Shown: piece by piece, positions 8,479-18,384 of the stretch
Numbering within the stretch: position 1 is the stretch's first letter
Layout: each line of letters begins with the position of its first letter
IMG/VR virus record: IMGVR_UViG_2875535316_000001
Location: 1-64,000 of that record
Direction: 5' to 3' (one strand)
DNA length: 64,000 bases
Source: a virus
Lineage: Duplodnaviria; Caudoviricetes
Notes under the pieces: model-generated
Databases searched by the model: none
Told to the model about the DNA's origin: nothing
What the model saw: only the letters and a program-made list of their open reading frames with translations
Position numbers and translations under genes: made by a program

Positions 8479-10113
8479 TTAAACTCGAACGATGTATTGC
8501 TGTGCTTCGGTGACACGGTTGGTGCCGTCGTAGCAGAGCCAGTGGGTGATATCCATCTTGTCGAACGGACGGTTGGCGTTCGCTTTGATTTCAGCTCGGT
8601 AGCACATGCCATCCAGCTCAGCGCTTGGTTGCAACCAGCCGGCCGACTGCAGCGCGGCAAAGAAAGTCCCGATGAACTTGGTCATTTCACTGATCGCTTC
8701 TGCCATTGGCTTCTGCAGGAAGCCCTGCGCAGCTGCAGCAATGGTGTCGTCCACATAGGTGGCCATTTCGGCAACCGCGATCAGCTTGCTGGCACCTTCG
8801 GTCTGCGCGCCGGTCAGCGAGTCAACCCAGGCGTATTTGCCGCCGGTGGTGTAGTCGCGGTAGATCACCGGGTTGATACGCGACTCGGCCAGTACTTCCA
8901 GGTCGATTTCTTCGTCCAGGTCGAATACCTGGGTGATGCTGGTGCGGTTGACCGCGTAGTCGTCGCCGGCGATCGGGCGGTTGCGTGGCGCGATGCCTTT
9001 GGCGTTGGTACGGGCGTTGCGCGCGCAGCGCAGGCCAGCCTGCATGCCGGAGGTGCCGAAAATGGCCTTGCCGCCTACTACCGGGTTAACCGCGCTCAGC
9101 GGGGCCCAATAGGCCTGGCTGTAGAGGTTGCTGGTGTCACCGCCAATGGAGGCGTAGAAGGTCGCGGCCGCCTCGGGAGAGAGGCGACCAGGGATATCCC
9201 ACAGCACCTGACGGTTGAGGGTCTTACCCATCGCCAGCAGGCGCGAGAGCAGTGCCACGTTTTCGGTACCGCCGCTGCACATATACGTGAAGGTCGGGCG
9301 CGAGCGCTTGATGCGGTCCATGGCCGCGTCCAGGTCGGAGTTGGCGTAGACCTTGTTGCCTTCGGTGAAGTACTTCAACGACTTGCTGGAGAACAGATCC
9401 TTGCCATCCTTGCGACCATAGAAGACGCAAGTTGCCGGGACAGTGGCGCCATCCTTCACAGAGACGACCTGCAGCAGGTCGGTGTTCTGAGCCACAACGT
9501 CGCCGATGTAGTAGCTGTTCTGGAACTCGTCCAGGGCGTTTACATCGAGCGAGCCTTTGAACGGGCCCAGGATGATCTTGTTGTCGATCACGTCGCGCAG
9601 CTGCAGGGTGACGATCTTGCTTTCAGCTGCAACGCCACCGGTGCCCTTGGCCGAATCCGCGTGAATCTCGGCAATGACCCCATCGGAGAAGCATTCTAGG
9701 TGCTTGATGGCCAGCAGGTAGGTGCCAGTGGGGCCGGTCGCCTCGTCCACCAGGCTCCAGACTTCGGAACCGGCGGTGGTCTGTGCGGTGGCGACCATCA
9801 GCTTGTTGGTGGAACCCGCGGCAATCAGGCGCGACACGATGGCCTGCACGGTACCGGCCTTGAGGGCCTCGTAAATGTGCACCGCTGGTTCGGACAGAGC
9901 GCTTACGGCCAACGAAACAGCCTGGCCCAGGGTACGGCGGAATCGACCTTGGCTGACGGCAAATACCTTGTCGATACGGCCACGCGGGAATCGGCCAACG
10001 ATAGCGATGTTGTGGGCTACGGTGCTGGTGCTGGGCTGTTCGGACTGGTCAACAATGTCATTGAGCTGGACGCCCGAGCGCTTGCCCACTGTGCGGGAAA
10101 AGGTCTGGGTCAT
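8479..10113 (-). CDS. Contractile tail sheath protein (P1 gp22-like)
   Basis: 544 aa; IVGRFPRGRIDKVF N-terminus, LAESRINPV motif; lies between capsid and gp21-like genes. Confidence 0.85.
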   Translation of the reverse strand: MTQTFSRTVGKRSGVQLNDIVDQSEQPSTSTVAHNIAIVGRFPRGRIDKVFAVSQGRFRRTLGQAVSLAVSALSEPAVHIYEALKAGTVQAIVSRLIAAGSTNKLMVATAQTTAGSEVWSLVDEATGPTGTYLLAIKHLECFSDGVIAEIHADSAKGTGGVAAESKIVTLQLRDVIDNKIILGPFKGSLDVNALDEFQNSYYIGDVVAQNTDLLQVVSVKDGATVPATCVFYGRKDGKDLFSSKSLKYFTEGNKVYANSDLDAAMDRIKRSRPTFTYMCSGGTENVALLSRLLAMGKTLNRQVLWDIPGRLSPEAAATFYASIGGDTSNLYSQAYWAPLSAVNPVVGGKAIFGTSGMQAGLRCARNARTNAKGIAPRNRPIAGDDYAVNRTSITQVFDLDEEIDLEVLAESRINPVIYRDYTTGGKYAWVDSLTGAQTEGASKLIAVAEMATYVDDTIAAAAQGFLQKPMAEAISEMTKFIGTFFAALQSAGWLQPSAELDGMCYRAEIKANANRPFDKMDITHWLCYDGTNRVTEAQQYIVRV

Positions 10114-10526
10114 TTAACACTCTCCTTGGCAGGGGTTTCAGCCGCCGGTGCCGCAGTGTTGGCTTTGCCTTTGGTGGTTGCCGCCGGCGCTTGCTCGACA
10201 ACTTCGCTTTGTTCGCTGGCAACGTCGCTTTGCTCGGTGGCCTGGCCAGTCACCACGGCGTATTCCTTGTCGTCGCTGCCCGCACGGGCTGCGTAATCGC
10301 TCAGATCGGTGACCAGCAGCCATGCCTGCTCGAAACTTTTCACCTTCACCTGGTGAGGTTTGTTGGGCTCCAATGGGGCGTTGATGCCGCTCGATGGCAG
10401 CACCAGGGGCAGTTCGTTTTTGTGGGTCAGGGACACCACCAGCGGGAATTCCTGGCCTTCGGGGGCCATCTGGTCGACAAGGGCGCGTGGCTCCTTACCG
10501 GAATCGCGATCAATCAGTACTTTCAT
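10110..10526 (-). CDS. Hypothetical virion protein (paralog of 10510..11184)
   Basis: Overlaps both neighbours; ATG at 10526 with AGGTGG RBS. Confidence 0.6.
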   Translation of the reverse strand: MKVLIDRDSGKEPRALVDQMAPEGQEFPLVVSLTHKNELPLVLPSSGINAPLEPNKPHQVKVKSFEQAWLLVTDLSDYAARAGSDDKEYAVVTGQATEQSDVASEQSEVVEQAPAATTKGKANTAAPAAETPAKESVK

Positions 10527-11184
10527 GTGCCACCTGTAGGCCTCGAACGTTGTCCCACTTGTCCAGCTGCACATGGCCGCGCAAGGACTTCGCGAGCTTG
10601 GAAAACTGTTGTTCGGTCACTTCCAGCTCGATCGACTCGCCCACCGGAATGCCATTACCGAGCACCACGAACCGGCTGGCGGTGTGGTTGGTCAGGGTCA
10701 AGGTGGCGGGGAATTCGTCGATTTCTGGCAGCGACCACAAGCCCAAAATTACAGGCCCGGGAGAGGCCTTTTCGGCGGGGGTTTGCACGGTTTCCGGGCT
10801 TTCGGAATCGGCCAGGTTCGGCTCTGCGTCACCGGTTTCTGGCCCTTTCCCCGGCTCTGGTTCGAGTTCTGGGTCCGGCTTGGCCTCAACCGGATCGAGC
10901 GCCAGCGTCAGCGCCACCAGTTCTTGGGTTTTCACCATCTGGTGCGCCACCGGAGCCAGCGCCACGAACTTGGCCTGGGCAGCACCTTCGCCGCCCTGGG
11001 CTTCGCCACCTGGTGGGGAGCCTTCGCCAGGCCCTTGGTTGTTCCCGTCAGCAGCACCAGCGGCCGGCGCAATGCCGGCCGTTGCCTGGACCGCAGTAGA
11101 CGACGCCACAGCGCCGTCCACTTGGTCACCCGCTGGCGCTGCCTTCACACCCCTGGCTTTCGCCGTGGTTGTTTTGGCAGCCAT
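10510..11184 (-). CDS. Hypothetical virion protein with Pro/Glu/Ala-rich N-terminal half
   Basis: Immediately downstream of the capsid gene, GGGG RBS. Confidence 0.65.
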   Translation of the reverse strand: MAAKTTTAKARGVKAAPAGDQVDGAVASSTAVQATAGIAPAAGAADGNNQGPGEGSPPGGEAQGGEGAAQAKFVALAPVAHQMVKTQELVALTLALDPVEAKPDPELEPEPGKGPETGDAEPNLADSESPETVQTPAEKASPGPVILGLWSLPEIDEFPATLTLTNHTASRFVVLGNGIPVGESIELEVTEQQFSKLAKSLRGHVQLDKWDNVRGLQVAHESTD

Positions 11185-11193
11185 ACAGCCCCC

Positions 11194-12873
11194 TTATCCG
11201 GCGATAACGTTCTTGATGGTGATAAGGGCGCAGCCCAGAGCCGATTGCTTGTGCGGGTTCACCTCGGTCAGGTCGCGCTTGTACAGCGCCGCGCCCGACT
11301 TGAGGTCCTGGCCGACGGCGAGCGGAATCAGGGTGAGCGGTACCGCGTCCGACAAGACGATCGGGTTACGCGCCACCTGGGCGGAGCGGCCGACACAGAG
11401 GATCTCGATATCGGTGTCGGTTTCCTCGACGACGTACGGGTCGTAGTACACGTCGTACTTGCCCTTGTACTTACCGACACGCCAGATACCGGCCTTCGCC
11501 GACACGCCAGAGGACACAAAGTCGGTGGAATCCATCGACAGGAACTGCGACATGCCGATATCGCCCACGTACCAAATGTTCAGACCGAACTCCATGGTCT
11601 GGTTGGCGACTTCCTGGTCGACCTTGGCCGCGAACGAACCGAAGTCGCGCCACACGGCTGCACGGGTCTTGCTGACCAGCTGGGCGCCGGCGTCGAAGTC
11701 GTACACGCGGTGGGTGCGCTTGGCGATACGCTTGAGCTTGCGCAGGGATGCGATATAGCGCTCGTTGGCAGCCTGGGTGCGGGCAGCCTGCACAGCGATG
11801 GTCAGACCGTCGGCGCCCAGTTCCGACTGAGTCTGGGAACGAGCATCGGGGGTGATCTGCATCAGCACACGGCTTGGGGCGCAGTAGAGGCTCCAGCTTT
11901 GGGCTTTGGTGTTGATATGCGGGGTCAGGTCCGGCTTACGCTCGAAGTCGACAAACGCCTGCACTTCCGGGTAGGCGGAGGCCGGCAGCGCCGGGTTGAA
12001 GGTCAGATTGCCTTCGCCGGTGTCGATGTTCACGTTACCCGTGATGGAGTACGAGGTGCCGCCATCGCTGACGTACTGGCCAGCCAGCTGGTTGGTGCTG
12101 GTGCCGTTGTCGACTTCGATAGCGCACGGCATACCGTCAATGAATACGCGGGTACGACCACGCAGGATTGGCACTTGCGCACCTTGACCGCCGATACGGG
12201 CAGTTACCTTGAACGTGCCGGTCAGGCGATCGCCAGCCATGGCCACGTCCAGAATACGCTCGGAACGGGTGTAGGCCTGGCCGCCGCCGGTACCGTCCAG
12301 GATCATGCCCTGGGTGTAGCCGCCGAAGTCAGAACCGGTGACCGCGCTGATGATTGCCAGCTTCGATTCGTTGGAGTTCAGGTCGGAAGGCAGGTAGGCG
12401 CCGAACGGCATGCCCTCGGCCAGGCCGCCGGTGATGGCCACCGCGATACGGTTGGGCTGGTGGGACAGTGGGGTCGACTGGTTGTTGCTGCTGATGCTGT
12501 CCAGGGTGTAGCCATCGGGCAACACTTTGGTGCTGGCGCCGTCAGCAACGTTCTCGGCCTGGGAGATAACTGCGTCGATCAGTGCCGCGTCAGGCATGTG
12601 GCCGTTGCGGTATTGGTAGCGGGCGATGCCATCCAGCAGGCTGTGCACGGCCTGGCCGCGCGCGGCGTCACCGTCGATCTTGTCGAGCAGGGCCGCCATA
12701 CGGGCAGGCAGGAGCTTGGTGGCATCGGCCACGGATTCTTTGATTACACTGACAGCGGCGCCGCTGGTGCTGTCGAGCATGTTTCCATCTTCACGGGCCG
12801 CGCCCACCAGGGCGTCAATTTTGGCCTCGGTGTCTTCAAGACCTCGGCCGGGCGCGTAAATGTGTCGTGCCAT
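11194..12873 (-). CDS. Major capsid protein (P1 gp23-like)
   Basis: 559 aa from ATG 12873 with GAGG RBS; strongly biased codons; internal Ig-like insertion (SITGNVNIDTGEGNLTFNPALP); first gene of the 23-22-21-pmgG block. Confidence 0.85.
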   Translation of the reverse strand: MARHIYAPGRGLEDTEAKIDALVGAAREDGNMLDSTSGAAVSVIKESVADATKLLPARMAALLDKIDGDAARGQAVHSLLDGIARYQYRNGHMPDAALIDAVISQAENVADGASTKVLPDGYTLDSISSNNQSTPLSHQPNRIAVAITGGLAEGMPFGAYLPSDLNSNESKLAIISAVTGSDFGGYTQGMILDGTGGGQAYTRSERILDVAMAGDRLTGTFKVTARIGGQGAQVPILRGRTRVFIDGMPCAIEVDNGTSTNQLAGQYVSDGGTSYSITGNVNIDTGEGNLTFNPALPASAYPEVQAFVDFERKPDLTPHINTKAQSWSLYCAPSRVLMQITPDARSQTQSELGADGLTIAVQAARTQAANERYIASLRKLKRIAKRTHRVYDFDAGAQLVSKTRAAVWRDFGSFAAKVDQEVANQTMEFGLNIWYVGDIGMSQFLSMDSTDFVSSGVSAKAGIWRVGKYKGKYDVYYDPYVVEETDTDIEILCVGRSAQVARNPIVLSDAVPLTLIPLAVGQDLKSGAALYKRDLTEVNPHKQSALGCALITIKNVIAG

Positions 12874-12931
12874 TGGTTTTACCTCGTTGCTGAATAAGGG
12901 CTGCGCCCGTAGTGGTGGCGTTTCAGCAACG

Positions 12932-12974
12932 ATGGTAAGTGTCAAAAAAACCCCGAATTTCGGGGGGTTTGCGC
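12932..12974 (-). promoter_or_regulatory. Late-type promoter for capsid operon, overlapping an intrinsic terminator
   Basis: GCGCAAA-N30-TACCAT; the spacer holds CCCCGAAATTCGGGG followed by T7. Confidence 0.75.
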
Positions 12975-12982
12975 CGATTTTG

Positions 12983-15532
12983 CTATTTGCGGAGCACGAT
13001 CAAGCGGGCGTTTGCGCTGGTTTGCGCCAGCAGTGCGTTGTCATTGAATGTGCCCGCCTCCAGGGGCTCAACATCGGCGCTGTGCTGCTCCAGCCATTCC
13101 CGGAAAGCCACCGCTTTCTGGTCCTTGCCGAAAAACACGCCCTCCCCTGCGATCGCCGCCAGGGTGCCGCCGCCGGCCAGCATCCCGAACGCTCGCATGA
13201 TGTGAGCGGCGTCCTGGCGGTTGCTGAATGGCGGGTTCATCACGATGGCGTCATACGGCTTATCAGGCGTGAAGCCGTCAAAGTCATGGTCAACCACGGT
13301 GTATCCCTTGGCGGTCAGAATGTCGCGCAGCTGGCTCGATATCTCGATCACGTCGACCTGGCCACCCTCGGCCTTTGCGGCGTCAGCCAGGTTGCCGTTG
13401 CCGGCGCTCGGCTCGAGGACGCGCATACCCTCCCGGATGTTGGCCAGTCTCGCCATGCGCTGGGCGACGTGTGCCGGCGTTGGGAAGAAGTCGATGCCAA
13501 CCTTCTGCCCAACAATGGCCCGCTCGGCCTTTTTCACCGGGTCTTCTTGCGCTTTCTCCACCAGGTGGGGAATCAGCGCCTCGACCGCGGCCACCAGGCT
13601 CGGCTGGTCAGTGATGCCCATGCGCGCCAGGCGCTCAGCCCGGGCGATGCTCTCCATGGGATCTGCCAAGTCCCAGTTCTCTTTCACAGCCTTGAGCACG
13701 GCTGCGCCCTTGCGTGTGAGGGCAATGGCGGCCGCATCCAGGTCGAAACGCTCAGGGCCATTGCCAAGCTTGGCCAGCGCGGCGATCAACCGGCTGTTGC
13801 CTGTGGGCGCCTTCTTGGCCATGGTTTCGGCGGCGCGGCTGTAACGGTTGCTCCACGACCAGGGGCGCGGGAATACCAGGTACTTGAGGTCATTGTCTTC
13901 AAATGGGCGCCCGCGGCGTGCATACGCTTGCTGGCCGGCCAGCTTGCTATCTGCGTCCGACATGGCGCGGCGCATGATCCGCTGCAGCTCGTCGAGCTGG
14001 GCCCGACTGGATAGCCTGGCCAGCGCGCCGCCGGCGCCAGCCTCAATCGCGTCCGCCACGCGGTGCAGGGTCTTCGCCACGGCCTTGTTCGCCTCGGCGT
14101 TCTCGATCGCGTAGCCAGCCTCTCGCGCCCGCTTGGCGGTGTTGGTCTTACGGTCGGCGTTGAGGCTGGAATCAGCCTTTTCCAGCGCGCTATTGGCCAC
14201 CTGGCGCAGTTTCTCCACCTGGGTGGCCAGCGCCTGCTTGGCACGTTCCTCGGCCTGGCGCTGTGCGGTGGCCACCGCCTCGGCTTGCTGCTCGGGCGTC
14301 ATCACCACCGGCGCCGGCGCGGCCTGGATGTGCGAGGTGTCGCCACCCAGGTGCTTTTCCCGGATGAAGTAGCCGCCGTTCATCTTCCAGGTGTACGGGT
14401 CGATCGCCTTGGCGTCAGCCAGGCTCAGGTCCGTGCGGATGATGCCGCGTAGCACTTTGCCCCGCTTGGTGGTGTACTCGACGATATCCGGTACCGGCGC
14501 TGGGTCAGGGGCCGCTGCAGGGGTCCGCTGGGCGCGCACACGCTCCGACAGGTGCGTCTCGGCATACTCACGCAGGTACGCCAGATACTCGTCCCGGTTG
14601 TTGGACACGCGCCCGCCCACCTTGACCTCAAACTCACCGGCGCGCATGCCGGCCCAGCCCAGAAACGCGCTGTTGCCGGCCTCGAAGGTTGGTAGTTCCT
14701 CCAGAGTGTCGAGATAGGCCTGATACACGGGGTTTTCAGCCACACCGGCGCCGATGGTCTTGGCGAACTCGGCGCGCTGCTCGGCTTCGCGTTCATCGCG
14801 GATGCGCTCCACCTCTGCTGCCTCGGCCGCGGCCTGCTGGGCAGCTTCCTGGCGCTCTCGCTCCGGTGCTGCAGCGCGTTCAGCGGCGTCCGCTTCGTTC
14901 TGGGCCCTGCGGTCAGCGATTGCCTGTTGCTCGTCCTGGTACGCCTGCACGTCATCCGCGCCAGCGTCCTCACCGAACACAGCCCGGAACTTCTCGGGGC
15001 CCCACTCCCGCGCCATGATCCCCTTGAGGTCCTCGAGGTCGCGCGCCACCCCCGATGCCTTGCCTTCATAGGTCACAGAGGCGCCACCGCCCATGGCGCC
15101 GTGCTCGTAGACGACGGCGCCGCTGGCCAGCTGGTGCGCGCTGGTGGGCACGAACTCGGCCAGGCGCGCCTTGGCCTTGGGGAACACGACTCCATCGGCG
15201 GTCTGGGTGACCTTGAGCCCGTCGAACGTGGCCGCGGCATAGGCTGCCAGCGCCACCGGGTCACCGGTAACCAGGACAGAACCGTTTTTCTGCACCAGCA
15301 GGCCGGTGGCCATCGCCAGGGGCCCAAGGGGAACCGGTGCGGCCGGTACCGCGGCCGGCGCCGGCGACTGCAGGAGGATGCTGCGAATCTCCAAGGCCCG
15401 GGCGCTGGCCTGGACCTGCGCCAGCGGCGCCAGCGCGCCCGACTCGAGTTGTGCGCGCACGGTCAGGAGCTCGGCGCTCAGGCGCACACGCTCGATCGAC
15501 GACAGCGCGGCCGATGGGAGTTGCTCAGTCAT
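12983..15532 (-). CDS. Polyvalent protein with C-terminal amino-(N6A)-DNA methyltransferase domain (DarB-related, no SNF2 helicase)
   Basis: FFPTP, VLEPSAGNG (SAM binding) and VMNPPF (catalytic) motifs. Confidence 0.85.
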   Translation of the reverse strand: MTEQLPSAALSSIERVRLSAELLTVRAQLESGALAPLAQVQASARALEIRSILLQSPAPAAVPAAPVPLGPLAMATGLLVQKNGSVLVTGDPVALAAYAAATFDGLKVTQTADGVVFPKAKARLAEFVPTSAHQLASGAVVYEHGAMGGGASVTYEGKASGVARDLEDLKGIMAREWGPEKFRAVFGEDAGADDVQAYQDEQQAIADRRAQNEADAAERAAAPERERQEAAQQAAAEAAEVERIRDEREAEQRAEFAKTIGAGVAENPVYQAYLDTLEELPTFEAGNSAFLGWAGMRAGEFEVKVGGRVSNNRDEYLAYLREYAETHLSERVRAQRTPAAAPDPAPVPDIVEYTTKRGKVLRGIIRTDLSLADAKAIDPYTWKMNGGYFIREKHLGGDTSHIQAAPAPVVMTPEQQAEAVATAQRQAEERAKQALATQVEKLRQVANSALEKADSSLNADRKTNTAKRAREAGYAIENAEANKAVAKTLHRVADAIEAGAGGALARLSSRAQLDELQRIMRRAMSDADSKLAGQQAYARRGRPFEDNDLKYLVFPRPWSWSNRYSRAAETMAKKAPTGNSRLIAALAKLGNGPERFDLDAAAIALTRKGAAVLKAVKENWDLADPMESIARAERLARMGITDQPSLVAAVEALIPHLVEKAQEDPVKKAERAIVGQKVGIDFFPTPAHVAQRMARLANIREGMRVLEPSAGNGNLADAAKAEGGQVDVIEISSQLRDILTAKGYTVVDHDFDGFTPDKPYDAIVMNPPFSNRQDAAHIMRAFGMLAGGGTLAAIAGEGVFFGKDQKAVAFREWLEQHSADVEPLEAGTFNDNALLAQTSANARLIVLRK

Positions 15533-17849
15533 GTTTCACCCCAAAAATGGAATCCAGCAAGGCGGTATTGCTCATTGCCTTCTCGAAGGCCTTTTCATCG
15601 CGCAGCGCCTTGAACACCTGGTCAAAGGCGGCATTGATGCGGGTACGTTCTTCACCCTCGGGATAGGGCTTAAATGGGGCGCCCAGCTCGGGCTGGTAGT
15701 GGTGCTTGTTGTCGGCAAGGCTGCTCAGGTAGTCGTTTTTGCGGCCCATTTCGGCCAGGCGGTCTTCCAGATAGCTCTGGAACGCCCGGGCGGCCATTTC
15801 AAAGGGTTCTGACCAGTATTTACCCGTCACCCCGTCATCGAGCTTTTGCGCCTCCAGGTAGAAGTTCGAGACGCTGGCGCCCGACTTCACCTGCACCTCT
15901 GTGGCGCCCTCTGGGGAGTAGTAAGCCGCGGCAATCTCGCGCCATTGCTTCTTCTGCTTGAGGTAGGGCTTCGACTGCAGGTTCCTGAATGCCGCGTCGA
16001 CCGCCAGCACCGCGTCGTGGACGTTGCCGGCGTTCTTGATATCCAGCGCCACACCGCGCAGGGCTCGGCCGTCCAGGTTGAACTGGGCTTTCTCAAGGGC
16101 CCGGGGCGGCAGCTTGATCGTCTCCACCAGGCGCACGCCGCCGGTGGTCAGGGTGTCCTTGAGTGTCTTGAAGGCTTCGCGAATCGCACCTGGTGGCATC
16201 AGGTCGGGGTTTGCACTGGCGTACTCGTTCCATTCCCCCTCTTCACCGCGCAGCACGCCCGGCAGGATGTTGTCCAGAGCGTGGTAATGCTCATGCCCCA
16301 GCGCCCCGCCGCCGTTCATCTTGGTCATGTTGATCACGCGCTCGATCGGCTCATAGTGCGCCATCGCCGCGCCCTTCCCGCCTACGCCCCGGGCGCCAAA
16401 CGCCATGGCCAGGCGCCCGCCGAAGCTCAGGTGGTTCTCGTCGATGCCCAGCACGTCGGCCATGTCCTGCATGGCGCCAGCGGTCTGTTCTACGTGCCAC
16501 TTAGCGCTAACAAAGTCACCCAGCACCCAGTTACCGGACTGCACCGCCCGGAATCCGCACAGGCGCTCCAGGTCCTTGGTCGAGGCCACCGCGACCGGCC
16601 GGCCGCCAATCCGCTCGAACTGCTCAACCACCTTGAGCGTGAAGCTGATCTTCTTTTTGCTGGCGCGCTTGGGGGCGGACTTCTCTTTGGTGGTCCACTC
16701 CCAGGAAGCGGGCTCGCCGTTCTTGGCGTTGGCCACATGGCCGGCGAAGCTGTCCGAGCCTTCGCCCGTGCGCCGGTGCCGGTACAGGGTGGCCTTGATG
16801 AAGCGTTCGCCCAGGGCCTGCCAGGCCTTCGACTCGGTAGTCTGCAGGTTGCGGGCCTTGGCCACGTCGACGATATCGCCCATGTCGGCCGATGTGGTGC
16901 TGCGCTGCTGGCGAATGGACTCGTCTTCGTCCTTGGTGGCGGCGATTTCGTCGCCCCATGCCTTGTGGGCGGCGTCATAGGCGGCGCCAGCGTCGGTCAC
17001 GGCCTGCTCGTGGGCGGGCTCGATCTTCCAGCCGCGCCGGGTGCGGTTCGCCAGGGCATGCTTGGCGGCGTTGTGGGCGGCACCGGCGGCCGTCATGGCG
17101 TCATACAGCACCTGGCGCCCTTCACTGATCGCCCGGGCCCGGGTGCGCAAGTCCTCGAGCTGGGCAGCCAGGGCGCGGTAGCGCTCGGATTCGTCGGCGT
17201 CCAGACGGGTACCCAGCAGTTCCTCACCGATTTCCGTCAGGGTGCTGGTGACCTCGGCAACGGTCTTGGCGCTCTCCAGGCGCGTCCTGATCGTTTCAAT
17301 GCCCAAGGCGTAGCTCTTACGGGCCTCGGGGCTGTTCTCGCCTGGCATGGCGCCAATGGAGGCGTACAGCCGGTCAATGAGGTAGCCGGCCTGTGGCTGC
17401 ATGCCGCCGGCCTGCAGGGCCTCCCAATCGACCTGGCCGAATAGGTTCGACTTCTTGATCAGCTCGCGCGCCTGGCGCGGGTTTTCCTCGATAGCCTTAA
17501 AGTCGATATCGCTGATGCGCAGCAGCTGGCCAGCATCACGGGCGGCCTTGATCGATGCTGCAGCCTGCTCCTTTCGGGAGCCGGAGATATAGCCGGTGTC
17601 CTTGTAGCGGTAGTTTTCGCTGTTCGGGTCGTCGCTCAGGCCATCATCGGCCGCGGCTTGGGCGGCCTGCTCGGCGTCGATCGTCGCTGGAGCCTGGCGC
17701 ACCACGCCGCCCAGCTGGGTATACAGCGCCAGCGCTTCGGTGGTCACGCGGGCTTGTTGAATGGGGTTTAACGTACCGGATTGCAGCTGGCCACGCAGGT
17801 CAAGCAGCTTGGTAGTCAATCGGGCTTGTTCGAGGGGATGTAGAGCCAT
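15525..17849 (-). CDS. Polyvalent protein with LPD1-type C-terminal region and HExxH motif (DdrB-related)
   Basis: YKDTGYISGSRKE, AMAFGARG..AHYEP, LGHEHYHALD, YWSEPFEMAARAFQSY, PYPEGEER. Confidence 0.8.
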   Translation of the reverse strand: MALHPLEQARLTTKLLDLRGQLQSGTLNPIQQARVTTEALALYTQLGGVVRQAPATIDAEQAAQAAADDGLSDDPNSENYRYKDTGYISGSRKEQAAASIKAARDAGQLLRISDIDFKAIEENPRQARELIKKSNLFGQVDWEALQAGGMQPQAGYLIDRLYASIGAMPGENSPEARKSYALGIETIRTRLESAKTVAEVTSTLTEIGEELLGTRLDADESERYRALAAQLEDLRTRARAISEGRQVLYDAMTAAGAAHNAAKHALANRTRRGWKIEPAHEQAVTDAGAAYDAAHKAWGDEIAATKDEDESIRQQRSTTSADMGDIVDVAKARNLQTTESKAWQALGERFIKATLYRHRRTGEGSDSFAGHVANAKNGEPASWEWTTKEKSAPKRASKKKISFTLKVVEQFERIGGRPVAVASTKDLERLCGFRAVQSGNWVLGDFVSAKWHVEQTAGAMQDMADVLGIDENHLSFGGRLAMAFGARGVGGKGAAMAHYEPIERVINMTKMNGGGALGHEHYHALDNILPGVLRGEEGEWNEYASANPDLMPPGAIREAFKTLKDTLTTGGVRLVETIKLPPRALEKAQFNLDGRALRGVALDIKNAGNVHDAVLAVDAAFRNLQSKPYLKQKKQWREIAAAYYSPEGATEVQVKSGASVSNFYLEAQKLDDGVTGKYWSEPFEMAARAFQSYLEDRLAEMGRKNDYLSSLADNKHHYQPELGAPFKPYPEGEERTRINAAFDQVFKALRDEKAFEKAMSNTALLDSIFGVKHD

Positions 17850-17881
17850 GAAAAAGGGCCTGCAATGGAGTGCAAGCCCTT

Positions 17882-17924
17882 ATTTTGAAGCGCTGAAACA
17901 GGCGATTTAGGCGGCGCTTTCCGC
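17882..17924 (-). promoter_or_regulatory. Late-type promoter, LPD1/MTase operon
   Basis: GCGGAAA-N30-CAAAAT. Confidence 0.65.
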
Positions 17925-18305
17925 CGCTGGCGCCGGCTCAGCTGACGGTGCCGGCGGGAAGTCGTCGACGCGATCAGACAGCACGTTGCCCACCAGGCTC
18001 ATGCCGCTCAGCTGAATTTCCAGGCGCTGGCGGTCCAGCGAATTCAGGCCGCGGAATCGCTCGGTACCGACGAATGCGGTCAGCTTGGTAACGCGGTCAT
18101 CGTTCTGGGCCTTCTCGGCCACCACACGGCGCTCATGCGGCGCCAGGTGACCGGTGTGGCCCATGGCGATATACGAGGCCTCAAACGAGGCCTTGTCGCG
18201 CCAGGTGATGTTGCCGGCCTCGTCCTTGATGGAATAGCCGGGTTCGCCGTCTTGCTCGCTGGCCCAGGCGGTAACGATTTGGGTGGTGACGTACTCTTGA
18301 GTCAT
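17907..18305 (-). CDS. Two-domain small protein with crAss001_48-like C-terminal helical hairpin; candidate anti-defence sponge
   Basis: GY..W..K..FE..Y N-domain, then HERRVVAEKAQNDDRVTKLTAFV..F..L...RL..Q...M.....L..R. Confidence 0.65.
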   Translation of the reverse strand: MTQEYVTTQIVTAWASEQDGEPGYSIKDEAGNITWRDKASFEASYIAMGHTGHLAPHERRVVAEKAQNDDRVTKLTAFVGTERFRGLNSLDRQRLEIQLSGMSLVGNVLSDRVDDFPPAPSAEPAPAAESAA

Positions 18306-18341
18306 GGCTTCATTTCCAGGTAATGGGGTGTCCGTGCCGAT

Positions 18342-18384
18342 AGTTTGCAGGCGCTGAAACGCCCTACTCCGCCGGGGTTTCCGC
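18342..18384 (-). promoter_or_regulatory. Late-type promoter
   Basis: GCGGAAA-N30-CAAACT. Confidence 0.6.

Noticed and set aside
7435-12897. Very long plus-strand ORFs (7435..9699, 10573..12897; similarly 15846..17444, 45634..47466, 59106..60629)
   Set aside because: Antisense shadows of GC3-rich minus-strand genes with clear motifs; no recognisable domains
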